From NCBI GenBank assembly GCA_951406725.2, contig OX597815.1, positions 152,334,001 to 152,398,000 of the forward strand: a DNA stretch of 64,000 nucleotides, given 5' to 3'. The notes under the pieces were generated by a model. The model did not search any database. It was given only the letters and a program-made list of their open reading frames with translations, and had not been told where the DNA came from. Within the stretch, counting starts at the first letter, position 1. Each line of letters opens with the position of its first letter. The stretch is from Octopus vulgaris. Its lineage: Eukaryota. Position numbers and translations under genes: made by a program. This document shows positions 26,777-38,250 of the stretch, in pieces.

Positions 26777-27903
26777 AGCAGTATAGTGTACCAAATATCT
26801 ATGTGTATGGTAAACGACTTGATGTAGTTGATCAGTTTGTCTACCTGGGAAGCACTATATATAGATATGGCGATTTGGATGATGAAATTCCATATAGAAT
26901 TAGGAAAGCAAGTGCTGCTTTCAGAAGGCTAGAAAAGCGCCTCTGGAGTTGATGAGACATATGCAGAAAGACAAAGATAAAGGTGTACAAGGCATGTGTG
27001 CTCCCTTCTCTTCTCTATGCCTGCGAGACGTGGGTTACATATCGATACCACCTTAAACAACTGAAACGTTTCCATCAGATGTGCCTCAGATGGATCTATA
27101 GCATTAAGTGGAAGGACCGCATCCGTGATCTTGAAATATTGGAAGGCTCTCGGTGTGAAAGTATAGAAGCTCTTGTGTTAAAGCAAAGGCTCAGATGGAG
27201 TGGTCATCTGGTCAGAATGAAGGATTCAAGGATGCCAAAACAACTCTTTTATGGAGAATTAGCTAAAGGAGAACGACCTCCACATAAACCAAAAAAGAGG
27301 TATAAGGACTTGCTAAAGGCTTCCTTAAGAGATGCTTACATCTCTCCTGACACATGGGAAGGCATAGCTATTGATCATAGCAGGTGGAGAAGGATTGTGC
27401 ATGAGGGGACAGCCACTTTTGAGAAATCACGAGTTGCACATGAGAAAGTAAGGAGGGATGTCAGGAAGGGCATCGCTGTTACACTTCCAGAAGGGAAGGG
27501 TCTTCCTTTGATGCTGACATGCAATGTCTGTGCAAGACCCTTCCTCAGTGAAGCTGGACTCAAGAGTCATCTTCATAGTTATAAAACGAGACAGATGAGT
27601 GACAACCTGGTCACTGGTGGTGGTGTAACACACCATACTAATCATGTTTGTCGGGCATGTGGAAGAGAGTGTAATTCGGTGGGAGGACTTAAACGACATG
27701 CAAAGGTACATGAAGCCCAGTTACAACTACAGCCAGCTATTACCAGTGAAGGTTTTAGTTGCCAATTTTGTACAAGACATTGTAGATCTTTAGCTGGGCT
27801 AAAAAGTCACATTCGATCACAGCACCAGTAACAGTTAAGCTTCATGCAATGGCCATACTCGATAACAAGGAGGCAGCCACAATGTATGTATGTATGTATG
27901 TAT
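26777..27903 (+). mobile_element. RTE-clade LINE 3' fragment with three C-terminal C2H2-like zinc fingers
   Basis: VVDQFVYLGS, LLYACETW, RLRWSGHLVRM, PKQLFYGEL, then CNVC..SH, CRAC..RH..H and CQFC..SH..H. (ATGT)n tail; one in-frame stop near 26950. Confidence 0.9.
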
Positions 27904-27929
27904 AGACCATTGCTAACAATATGTCAGGA

Positions 27930-28190
27930 AGACTTAGATTACTGTTTAGGGTCAGGTGATACTGACTAACTTTAAGCAAATGCTGACATTCTACAAATCT
28001 CAAGTCAGTTCCAAAGTAGAGTACTGCTCACATCTATGCAAGGGCGTTGCCTCTATCTACACACACACACACACATATATTGTAGACCACACTCAAAAGA
28101 AGTTGATCTGGAAGAATGGTATCAAGCTTAACTCACCAACACACTATAGCAACTTGCTTACCATTATACTGCATAAAAATAGTAAATATC
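27930..28190 (+). mobile_element. Decayed CR1/L2-like LINE RT C-terminal fragment
   Basis: QMLTFYKSQVSSKVEYCSHLC resembles the LYK..VRP.LEYCS..W motif. Confidence 0.5.
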
Positions 28191-28195
28191 AATAC

Positions 28196-28251
<56 letters not shown>

Positions 28252-28590
28252 AGACAGAGTCATTACTGTCACTACTTTATTGGTCTGTAATTTTCTGAAT
28301 TAACAAGCTATAGACTAAACACACATGATAGACTTCCCTCATCCCTAAACCTATCTCTTTTTTATGTCATCCTTATTGTGAGTCACTCAAAAAATCTACA
28401 CTACAGTTTTTGTCCAGTCAATCCTCATCAGAGTGACAACTTTTCGAAATTGTCTGTTCATTCATGGTTTTTCCTGTAGACATCAAACCCACATTGATCT
28501 TACCAGCCTGTGAGAACCCGACAAAGTGATGGATGCTGTCTCTCAGTATTTAAACAGTTTTTAAAAGAAAATAGAAATTGAAATGCTTAC

Positions 28591-28688
28591 TTGATATAAC
28601 CATAAAAGATTGCTGTAAGAATGTGTAAGACTAATGATATTCCACAGCTAATGTGAGACAAAACAAATAAGTGTTGCTCGGGGGCATC
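28591..28688 (-). CDS. Adhesion GPCR exon stalk-TM1: DAPEQHLFVLSHISCGISLVLHILTAIFYGYIK
   Basis: tgtttcAG acceptor and GTAAGC donor. L..IS..GC.IS-type TM1; the phase-2 end matches the next exon. Confidence 0.85.
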
Positions 28689-28894
28689 CTGAAACAGACA
28701 CAAACGACAACATATTAACTCACCCTCCACTTCATTTCATCTGTGTCAATCAATATAAATCATAAGTGGATATAGCACTGATGTAGAAAACGAGGACTAC
28801 AGTAAACTGCATTAGAAACAATGTATTATTGGGCTTTCTTCTATTATGTGTTACACAACTCTAATATGAATTTTCACTGCCTTCATAATGTATA

Positions 28895-29752
28895 TCAGGT
28901 TGAATAAAAAGTTGAACCATGAAGAATTTGTACCGGATTTTGGCAGAGTTTTGAATTTTTTGAAAAAATTTTCTTGCAATTGTCTGATAATAGAGACATA
29001 GACTTGCCCAAATGCATCAATAAATTAACATTGATATTTTTTTCAATGTTGTTACAATCATCTGAAATGGAACTGTCAAAGAGTGATATTCGAGCAATTT
29101 TGCTATTCAACTTCAAAAAAGGACGTACAGCAGATGAAAAAATGTTCTTTGCAGTTGCTGGAGCAAAATGAAGCACCAGAAACCTTCCCTAAACCCGAGC
29201 TCTTCAAAAAGAAGGTAATGGTGATTGTTTGGTGGTGTACTGTTGGACTCATCCACTATAACTTCTTAAAACCCAGCAAAACCATTACTGCAGAAACATA
29301 TTGCCACGAAATTGCCAAAATGAAAAACTGCAATGCCTTCATCACAGATTGGTCAACAGAAACAGGCCAATCATTCTTCATGACAATGCTTGACCTCGTG
29401 TTTCACTGACAATTCTCCAGAAGTTGAGGGAACTTGGCTACAAAGTTCTTCCCCACCCAGCTTATTCCCCAGATTTTTCTCCTGCAGACTACCACTTTTT
29501 TAAGCACCTTGATGGTTTCCTGCGAGAGAAGGAGTTCAAAAATCAAACCAATGCCGAAAGTGCATTCAAAGAGTTCATTAGCTCCAGAACTCCAGATTTT
29601 TATGTTAGCAGAAGAAACAAACTTGTAACTCGTTGACAAAAATGTGTTGATTTGAATGGTACTTATTTTGATGAACAAAATTTCCTCATTCTTGAAATAT
29701 ATTGTGATGAGTTTTATGTTTTAAAACATTGCTTACATTTTACTCAACCTGA
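28895..29752 (+). mobile_element. Mariner (Hsmar1/cecropia-like) transposon, internally deleted
   Basis: TA-flanked TIRs TCAGGTTGAATAAAA / TTTTACTCAACCTGA. Protein pieces MELSKSDIRAILLFNFKKG, KKVMVIVWW, HDNA and LPHPAYSPDFSPADYHFF (DD34D). Confidence 0.9.
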
Positions 29753-30483
29753 TATATAAGACATCTAAGTAGAGGCAGAATGTACCACCAATCCATAGAT
29801 TTTTAGCTTAAATTCAATGAAGATATAACTTTGTACAGGTATTGGATACATGTCCTTTATTGACATGAAAGTCTCAGGCAGAGAAATCCAATGAATGGAG
29901 AGGAATCACGAAGAGGCCAAGGGTTTAACATCTGATCAACGATCATGTTTAATGTGCTATGGAGGTTTGTTATACCTTAAATATGACTCTGTTAGTTAGA
30001 CAACACAATAAATTTCAAAACCAGGAGAAATGATTCTGCCTCCCTCCAATTCATATCAATGCTGGAGGAATTCCTATGCATTTCATTGAAAACGGTAGTT
30101 TGATACCTCTAAAAGGTACCATCCTGAATTCAAACTAATAACAGAAATAGCAACAAGAACAGTGCTGTCTTACCATTTATCAACCCTAATAAAATTAAAA
30201 CTCTTGATATATTATCAAAAAAAAAAAAAAGCAAAATTCTCTTATCCCCCTATAATCAATTTTTAAATATTGTAATCTCATATATCTAAAAATCACAAAT
30301 GCAACTCTCATTTCAATCAAAAATTTAAGGATAACAATACAATAATCCCTATTAATATTTCTATAATACCAACCAACACAAAGTCCAGTAGGTGTGTTAG
30401 AATATACAACTCTTTAAAATTATTGATACATAAATGTAACTGCTAAATTACTGGTAATTATGACTTGTCATATTGTTACCAAC

Positions 30484-30621
30484 CAGTAGAGTAAAACTTG
30501 TAAGGTGGTTACAGGAACAAACTACTTTCTCTCCAGGCACATAGGTAGATGTTTTACAGCCATTTGTTGACCAACGGGGTTTCTGATCAGAGGATTCATC
30601 CCAATAAGCACACTGTTGGTT
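30484..30621 (-). CDS. Adhesion GPCR GPS exon: NQQCAYWDESSDQKPRWSTNGCKTSTYVPGEKVVCSCNHL/TSFTLL
   Basis: Canonical GPS motif C..W...W...GC...C.C.HL|T with a Stachel start TSF. ttttttcAG acceptor; the donor is ambiguous (see findings). Confidence 0.93.
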
Positions 30622-30828
30622 CTGAAAAAATAGAAAAATTAAAATTTTGATAATTTATTTAATCAACTTGCTTTGTAATTAGAATACATGTTTATTATTA
30701 TGTCTACCTATTTGACATAGAAAACATCAGAACAGACCATTGTCATTTGTATTTGGTTATTATTAACATTGTAATTCCCATATCACAGGCTGGGACAGTT
30801 TAGCGGACCATTCCATCTCATTTATAGA

Positions 30829-31208
30829 TTTACTCTTTTACTTGTTTCAGTCATTTGACTGTGGCCATGCTGGAGCACCACCTTTAGTCGAGCAAATCGA
30901 CCCTAGGACGTATTTTTTGTAAGCCTAGTACTTATTCTATTGGTCTCTTTTGCCGAACCGCTAAGTTATGAGAACGTAAACACAACAGCATTGGTTGTCA
31001 AGCGATGTTGGGGGGACAAACTCAGACACACAAACATATAGACATATATGCGACAAGCTTCTTTCAGTTTCCATCTACCAAATCCACTCACAGGGCTTTG
31101 GTTGGCCTAAGGCTATAGTAGAAGACACTTGCCCAAGGTGCCATGCAGTGGGACTGAACCCGGAACCATATGGTTGGTAAGCAAGTTACTTACCACACAG
31201 CCACTCCT
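30829..31208 (-). mobile_element. tRNA-derived SINE (family A), near full length
   Basis: On the minus strand, AGGAGTGGCTGTGTGGTAAG (A box) ... GGTTCAGTCCC (B box); same body as 17525-17890. Confidence 0.8.
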
Positions 31209-31638
31209 ATGCCTATGTATATTCTCATAATTTACACTGCATCCTATATTCTTATACTTGTTTCAAATCTACTCAGGGCTTTGTTCCATCCAAGGCTATA
31301 GTAGAAGACACTTGCCCAAGGTGCCATGCAGTTGGACTGAACCCACTCCCATACCTATATATATATTTCGAGACAAAGTTTCTGAAAATGTTAAGATTAA
31401 GGCTTTAATAAATGTATAAATGCTTTCAGTTTTCAATGTCATCCAGCACATGTTATGGCTGTTGTATGAAAGTGCTTGCACATTTATTAGAGCCTACACA
31501 CAATTTCTTAAATTTCTTCCTAAAGGTTAGTACCATTCTACTCTCTAAGAAGTTCTTTTCTTAATCATAATTTTTTGAAAAATTCTTTTTCTAAATATTA
31601 TAGCTGTAACAAGAAATTTCCTAAATTATATATATATG

Positions 31639-31678
<40 letters not shown>

Positions 31679-31682
<4 letters not shown>

Positions 31683-31956
31683 TGCAGCATGGAAGGTGTT
31701 TATAAGCCATTTAAGAAACACACAAAAGCCATTCGATTCACTTCAACATTTAAGTTTAATTTGTCAAAATATTTTCGTCGCTAAAATCCGCGACGTGTTC
31801 ACTGACAAAAATTCGTGCTGCATCCTTTGTCAGTGAACATGTCGCAGATTTTAGCGACGAAAATATTTTGACAAATTAAACTTAAATGTTGAAGGGAATC
31901 GAACGGCTTTTGAGTGTTTCTTAAATGGCTTATAAACACCTTCCACACTGCAATTG
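31679..31956. repeat. 131-bp-arm foldback (16-nt spacer), probably inverted Penelope-like pLTR; each arm holds a hammerhead-like motif
   Basis: 31679-31809 is the reverse complement of 31826-31956 with few mismatches. Motifs at 31760-31809 (-) and 31826-31875 (+). Confidence 0.85.
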
Positions 31957-32022
31957 TTTTCGTTTCAGCACACGATCTCAGATCAAATTACTTGCTATGC
32001 GAGTACAACTCCGTAATATATA

Positions 32023-32443
32023 TCTTTATATATAAAAGTGAGGTTGTGTGCTGTCTGTCTCCTACGATTTAGATTCCTAACTACTCCCACATTTTGCGGT
32101 GCAGTTTAACCAAAACCGGGTATCTTATAGTCGTGATTCATATCGAGCCCTTCTGGGTATTAGCGCGCGTCTACGATGAGTCTACGATGAGTCTACGATG
32201 AGTCTACGATTAAAAAAAAAAATTACCATAATTTTTTCCATTTTAATGCATTTTTTTCGCTATTATATAAGGGAAGTAACTCTCTAAAAATGTCTACGAT
32301 GAGTCAACGATTTAAAAAAAAATTAGCATCATTTTTTTCCATTTTTAATGCATTTTTTTGCTATTTTTTGGCTATAACTCTCTAAAAATGCTTATATAGT
32401 TATTTCCCTTACAAACCCGAGCAACGCCGGGTGATACTGTTAG
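32023..32443 (+). mobile_element. Non-autonomous Helitron
   Basis: A|TC 5' end, 3' hairpin CCCGAGCAACGCCGGG and TTAG|T end. Internal GTCTACGATGA tandem repeats. Confidence 0.75.
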
Positions 32444-32668
32444 TATATATATATATATATATATACACATACATACATACATACATACATATGTACACTG
32501 CTATTATTCCCTAAGGGCTAATACAGCTTATTTTGGAAAATCGCCACATCAGTTGAGGATTCTGCCTACTACATCGATTATTCTATGAAAAACATACCTA
32601 TATCATCATAGGAACTATACTCTTAGAAACTTTTCGAGAAAATTACAGAGAATTTTTTCAGATGGATG

Positions 32669-32729
32669 GATAACTGAAGAGATGGGGGCATGGATTTCCA
32701 CCGCGACATCCGAAACTCAGAGCTTTATC
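32669..32729 (+). ncRNA. Degenerate type I hammerhead ribozyme motif (mirror at 63607-63667, -)
   Basis: GATAA-CTGAAGA-GATG..CATC-C-GAAA-CTC A GAG-CT-TTATC. Stem I is perfect, but U16.1 is replaced by C. Confidence 0.5.
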
Positions 32730-32780
32730 ATGGCTACCGAATAATTGTCACATATTACATTTACAGATATACATATATAT

Positions 32781-33662
32781 ATCATCATCATCATCATCGT
32801 TTAGTGTCCGCTTTCCATGCTGGCATGGGTTGGATGGTGCAACTGGCGTCTGGGAAGCCAGAAGGCTGCACCAGGCCCAGTCTGATCTGGCAATGTTTCT
32901 ACGGCTGGATGCCCTTCCTAACGCCAACCACTCCATGAGTGTAGTGGGTGCTTTTTACGTGCCAGACGAGGCTGGCAAACGGCCATGATCGGATGGTGCT
33001 TTTTATGTGCCACCGACACGGAGGCCAGGCGAGGCTGGCAAACAGCCACGATCGGATGGTGCTCTTTACATGCCACCGGCACGGAGGCTAGGCGAGGCTG
33101 GCAAACGGCCACGATCAGATGATGCTTTTTATGTGCCACCGGCACGGAAGCCAGTCGGGGTGGAGCTGGCAACGGCCACGTTCGGATGGTTCTCTTATGT
33201 GCCACCGGCACTGGTATCACAGCTACAATTTCCATTCATGTTGATCGATTTTGATTTTTGATTTTGATTTTGATTTTCACTTGCCTCAACAGGTCTTCAA
33301 AAGTAGAGTTTTGTGTCCCAAGAAGGAAACGTATGCATAAGTGGACTGAGGCCATGGGTTATGGTCTCACTTGTCCTGCTGGGTCTTCTCACGCACAGCA
33401 TACTTCCAAAGGTCTCGGATCTCTAGTCATTTCCTCGGTGAGACCAAAAGTTCGAAGGTCGTGCTTCACCACCTCATCCCAGGTTTTCCTGGGTCTGCCT
33501 CTTCCACAGGTTCCCTCAACAGCTAGGGTGTGGCACTTTTTCACACAACTATCTTCATCCATTCTCGCCACATGGCCATACCAGCGCAAACGTCTCTCTT
33601 GCACACCACAACTGATGCTTCTTAGGTCCAACTTCTCTCTCAAGGTACTTACACTATGTCTA
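32781..33662 (-). mobile_element. RTE LINE 3' end with 63-bp tandem repeats in the 3' UTR and a (GAT)n tail (mirror 62679-63553 +)
   Basis: VQERRLRWYGHVARMDEDSCVKKC...GRGRPRKTW, followed by the UTR and microsatellite tail. Confidence 0.88.
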
Positions 33663-33705
<43 letters not shown>

Positions 33706-33709
<4 letters not shown>

Positions 33710-34732
33710 GGGGGAGAAACTAGAAGTAGTTGATAGTTTCCGCTACCTAGGTGACCAAGTTAGTAGTCGAGGTGGATGCTCAGAGAGTGTCACCACTAAA
33801 ATACGAACAGCCTAGGCAAAGTTTAGAAAGTTTCTACCCCTACTGGTGACAAAGGGTCTCTTACTCAGAGGGAAAGGTAGATTGTACGACACATGTGTGT
33901 GAACTGCCATGCTTCATGGTAGGGAAACATGCGTAGGCTTGAAAGAAATGAAGCTAGCATGATCCGCTGGATGTGTAATGTCAGTGTGCACACACGACAG
34001 AGTGTAAGTGCCCTCACAGAAATGCTTGACATAAGAAGCATCGGATGTGGCGTGCAAAAGAGATGTTTGCACTGGTATGGTCATGAACTATGGATGGATG
34101 AGGAGAGATGTGTGAAGAAGTGCCATCCCAAACAGTTGAAGGAATCCGGGGTAGAGGTAGACCCAGAAAAACATGAGATGAAGTGGTCAAGCATGACCTT
34201 TGAACCTTGGGCCTCACAGGGGCAATGACAAAAGACTGAGATCTCTGGAGATATGCTGTAACTGTGAAGACTCAACAAATAACATGAGTACATGGCTGTT
34301 TCCTGCACCAGTTTCACATAGCAGCCCCAGCCCATCCAAAGTATCTTGGATCGTAGAACGGCTTGCTGTGCTTACTTTGGATCATAAGGCAACCTGCTGT
34401 GCTTGAGGAGACCTACTGAGTCAAATACATCATCAAAATATATATCAAATGGAAATTCTAGTTGTGATACCTGTGCCAGAGGCACGTAAAAAGCACCAAC
34501 CAATTGTGGCCACTGCCAGCCTTCCCTGGAACCTGTGCCAGTGGCACGTAAAAAGCACTCACTACACTCACGGAGTGGTTGGCATTAGAAAGGGTATCCA
34601 GCTGTAGAAACACTGCCAGATCAGACTGGAGCCTGGTGCAGCCTCCTGGCTTCCCAGACCCTGGTCAAACCGTCCACCCCATGCTAACATGGAAAACAGA
34701 CGTTAAACGATGATTTTAATGATGATGATGAT
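33706..34732 (+). mobile_element. RTE LINE 3' fragment, decayed (mirror 61612-62642 -)
   Basis: EKLEVVDSFRYLG, RLERNEASMIRWMC, LHWYGH; same UTR/tail family as the neighbouring element. Confidence 0.85.
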
Positions 34733-34753
34733 GCATGTATGTATGTATGTATG

Positions 34754-34868
<115 letters not shown>

Positions 34869-34877
34869 ATATATATA

Positions 34878-35060
34878 TTCCTGGTTTTAAGGGTATTGTG
34901 AAAGGCCTGATTGGAGGCCCAACTTTCCAAATTCTTAGAAAAATCTGAAGTACTGCTGCAATAAGTGTGTGAATCTGGGAGGGGAATATATAGAATAAGA
35001 TCGTAATTAACCAATCCTCCTTTTACCCAAATCCAGGAACTTTTCAGCAAACTCTCGTAT
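34878..35060. mobile_element. Mariner-like MITE remnant (mirror ~61300-61483)
   Basis: TIR-like TACGAGAGTTTGCTGAAAAGTTCCTGG; the partial inverted AAAACCAGGAA is cut off by (TA)n. Confidence 0.45.
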
Positions 35061-35221
35061 ATATGGAAATGTGGAGTATATCCCTCAACGAAGTGAAGAT
35101 GATGTTTCTGGAACTCTAGATTCGTGCATTGTACCTTGTTTAACAGAGACTACCTATGTATATCAGGGATCAGAGCACAGATGATACTGAAAGCTAAACT
35201 CAACTACATTCACAGCAAAAT

Positions 35222-35660
35222 TTCTTTTTTCTACTCTAGGCAAAAGGCCCAAAATTTTGGGGGAGGGGGCCAGTCAATTAGATCGACCCCAATATGCAAC
35301 TAGTACTTAATTTATCGACCCTGAAAAGCAAAGTCGACCATGGCAGAAATTGAACTCGGAATGTAAAGACAGACGAAATACTACTAAGCATTTTGCCCAG
35401 TGTGCTAACGTTTCTGCCAGTTTGCTGCCTTAATCATAACACATATTCTTTTTTACTTTAGGCACAAGGCCTGAAATTTGTGTGGAGGGGGCCAGTTGAT
35501 TAGATCAACCCCAGTATGCAACTGGTACTTAATTTATCGACCCTGAAAGGATGAAAAGCAAAGTCGACCTCAGCGGAATTTGAACTCAGAACGTAAAGAC
35601 AGACGAAATACCACTAAGCATTTTGCCCGGCATGCTAATGTTTCTGCCAGCTCACTGCCT
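35222..35660 (-). mobile_element. Two tandem tRNA-derived SINEs (family B) (mirror 60700-61138 +)
   Basis: GCTGGCAGAA A-box-like, GAGTTCAAATTC B box and a GGTCGATAAATTAAGTACCAG core. Partial copies near 23.5, 24.5 and 40.5-40.8 kb. Confidence 0.75.
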
Positions 35661-35814
35661 TAATCACTGCAAATATTAATGCATTTATGCTCCTCCTGCT
35701 GCCGTGGTCTGTATTTTCTTCAGGAGGAATCAGAGAGAGCCTTCAAATAAAACATTGACAACATTTACAACAACACAAACAACAGCTATTATAAATATAA
35801 TACTTAGCTGTTAC

Positions 35815-35943
35815 CTGATATACTGAACTGAATGATACGGTTACTGGTTCATTGAGGTTAGTTATCTGAATGTTAGGAATATTTGCAGAAATAACATGAC
35901 TGGTACTTTTGTTATATTCTTTGGTAGAAGATGTTTGTATCAC
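35815..35943 (-). CDS. Adhesion GPCR GAIN exon (duplicate of 60416-60544): VIQTSSTKEYNKSTSHVISANIPNIQITNLNEPVTVSFSSVYQ
   Basis: AG/GT bounded, phase 0-0, with the GAIN motif VISA.I...I.NL.EPV.V.F. Confidence 0.88.
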
Positions 35944-36386
35944 CTGTAAAGAGAAGTCATCAAATAAACTAATTTATCCAATAGAAGAGTTCAATGCATT
36001 TTTAAAGTATGAAACATCTGTGTTGTTGTAAACTGCTGTTCAAAGCTATAAAGCCAGAACACAGTCCTTTTTTCTTTTCTGGCAAAATACACAACACAAA
36101 TTCATGAAATTCCCCTCTAAATAGGAAATGGACTAGAAGAAGCCATTGCAGTCTTTAAATTTATTGAAATCCAAAAGCAAATAAGACAATAATTAAAAAA
36201 AACATACAAAGTCAGAAACCCTGTGTACAAAACTATAATGCCAGGTTGAATAATGTTGCAAAAATGATGCAAAATGGGGAAATTATGATATATTTCAATG
36301 ATATTCTCATGCAATACATCAACAATAGTGTGTCTGACCGTCACCTTTCTGAATTACTTCAAAAACATGTGATTTCAGGCTCTCAA

Positions 36387-37271
36387 TCATCTTCTGCTGC
36401 AGACCAGTAAAAGATCTTTCCAGGCCTTCTTTATTGTCATTTTGAGTTCACCAACAGATGAATACTGTTTGCCTTCACTGTACACAACGTTCATGAGATA
36501 ATCCCAGGCATTCTCTAGGGGATTAAGGTCAGGACTTCTTGCTGACCATGTCATGACTTCAACCCCGATTGCATGAAGGAAGTCTAGAGATGCCTTTGTT
36601 TTATGAATAGGAGCGTTGTCCTCTTGAAATATGAAGTTTTCTCCACACAGCTTTCTTCCTTCTTTGTCGATGTCAGCTCCGTCCAACATATCGATGTATC
36701 ACACAGCATTGAAATGGCCATCCTTGATGACAAGTGGCAGCTTCCCAGTGGCAGCTATTGCTCCCCATACCATAAGATCTCCTCTAATACATTTACCTGC
36801 CCAGTAATATTTATAACCGTCATCGCTGTCCAAATTCCATTTTTTTCTCACCAGAGAACAGAACCCTGGTCCATTTACCATCCCACTGATGCGGCCTAGC
36901 AAACTTCAGTGTAACAGCTTTGTGGGAAGGGGACAATAACGGATGTCCTAACCACTTATACGGGTGGAAACCAGGGTTCAAAATCACTCTTCATATGGTG
37001 GATATCAAGGCTGATGTTTTGATTTTGAAAACAGAAGAGCAGCATGACTTCTTCACAACTCTGACAATAACCCTTTCATCCTTTTCTGATATAGCCTTGG
37101 GAGGTCCACCAGCATGAGCCTTGTAGTAGCTATCAGGATCTTCAGAAAATTGTCCACTAGTGTTCTGCTTTGCTGAATCTTCTCGGCAATCTTCCGGTTA
37201 CTCATTCCTTTCACTTTCAGAGCAAGGATCTTCTCTTGTTTAATTTCACAAAGCTTTGTAGCTTTAGGCAT
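36387..37271 (-). mobile_element. Tc1/Tc3-like transposase remnant
   Basis: MPKATKL...SNRKIAEKI..SRTLV.NFLK (HTH), EKKWNLDSDDG..YYW, FQEDNAPIH and SPDLNPLENAW (DD34E). Frameshifted. Confidence 0.88.
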
Positions 37272-38250
37272 ACTGGAAATGTCATCTGGATCATGGGGAA
37301 TATGATTGAGTTGAATATTTTCCAAAAGAATCTGGAATGGTAGCTTTATAGTTTTGAAGAGTTGATATGCTAGGGATAAAACATCATGGTCATATAAGTG
37401 GTGTTCTTTGTTTCCAGTTTGGATGAGGACATGTCTAGCCACAAGGAAAGACTACCTTGTTTGAAACAAGAGAGGGTTATCAACTGGAAATCAGGCTCAA
37501 GGAATCCTGCCTAGCCTTCACAAGCATGGAAAAATGAATCTTAAAACAATGTTGACATTATATGTTTTTATGTGTGTGTGTGTGTGTATGCCTGTGTGTG
37601 CCTGTACCTGTGTGAGTGTGAGAGAGGGAGAGGAAGAAAGAAAGAGAGTGTGGGGGAAAGTGAGTGTGTTTGTGCATGTGTGCATGTGTGTATGTGTGTC
37701 TCAAAGAAATTTCTCTTAAGGGACTTGATGTGTTATAACGTAGGGTCCTAATGACAAAATATTATAACTTGACCTATTCTGCATTTGCATTTAATTCATA
37801 AATGTTAAAAATATAATTATTTTACTCTACAGCTGTTTCAAGTGTATGTATTGATTGAATTTAAACCCAGCCAACTCCTGAATAAATCAGTGAATGTTTT
37901 GTTTGTTGATATATTTATATTGGAACAAAGATCCTGAATAAACTAAGGATGTCTGGAGTATTTGTTGCTGTGGGGTCCAAAACAGACCAACATTCAGATA
38001 TCAATTGATTTGTTGATGTCACTTCTGAGTGAGATGTGTTTCTAACACACCAAGTCCCTTAGAAGAGGGACAAGTGCTGTTCTGAGTTTGTATATGCATT
38101 ATTAATGGTACACGTACACACACATACACATACAAACACACACACATATACACCTTTCATCATTTTATCATTTGTCTTTTGCTTGTTTCAGTCATTAGTC
38201 CACAGCCAGGCACAGCACAACCTTGAAGAATTTTTGGTCAACGGCTAAGG

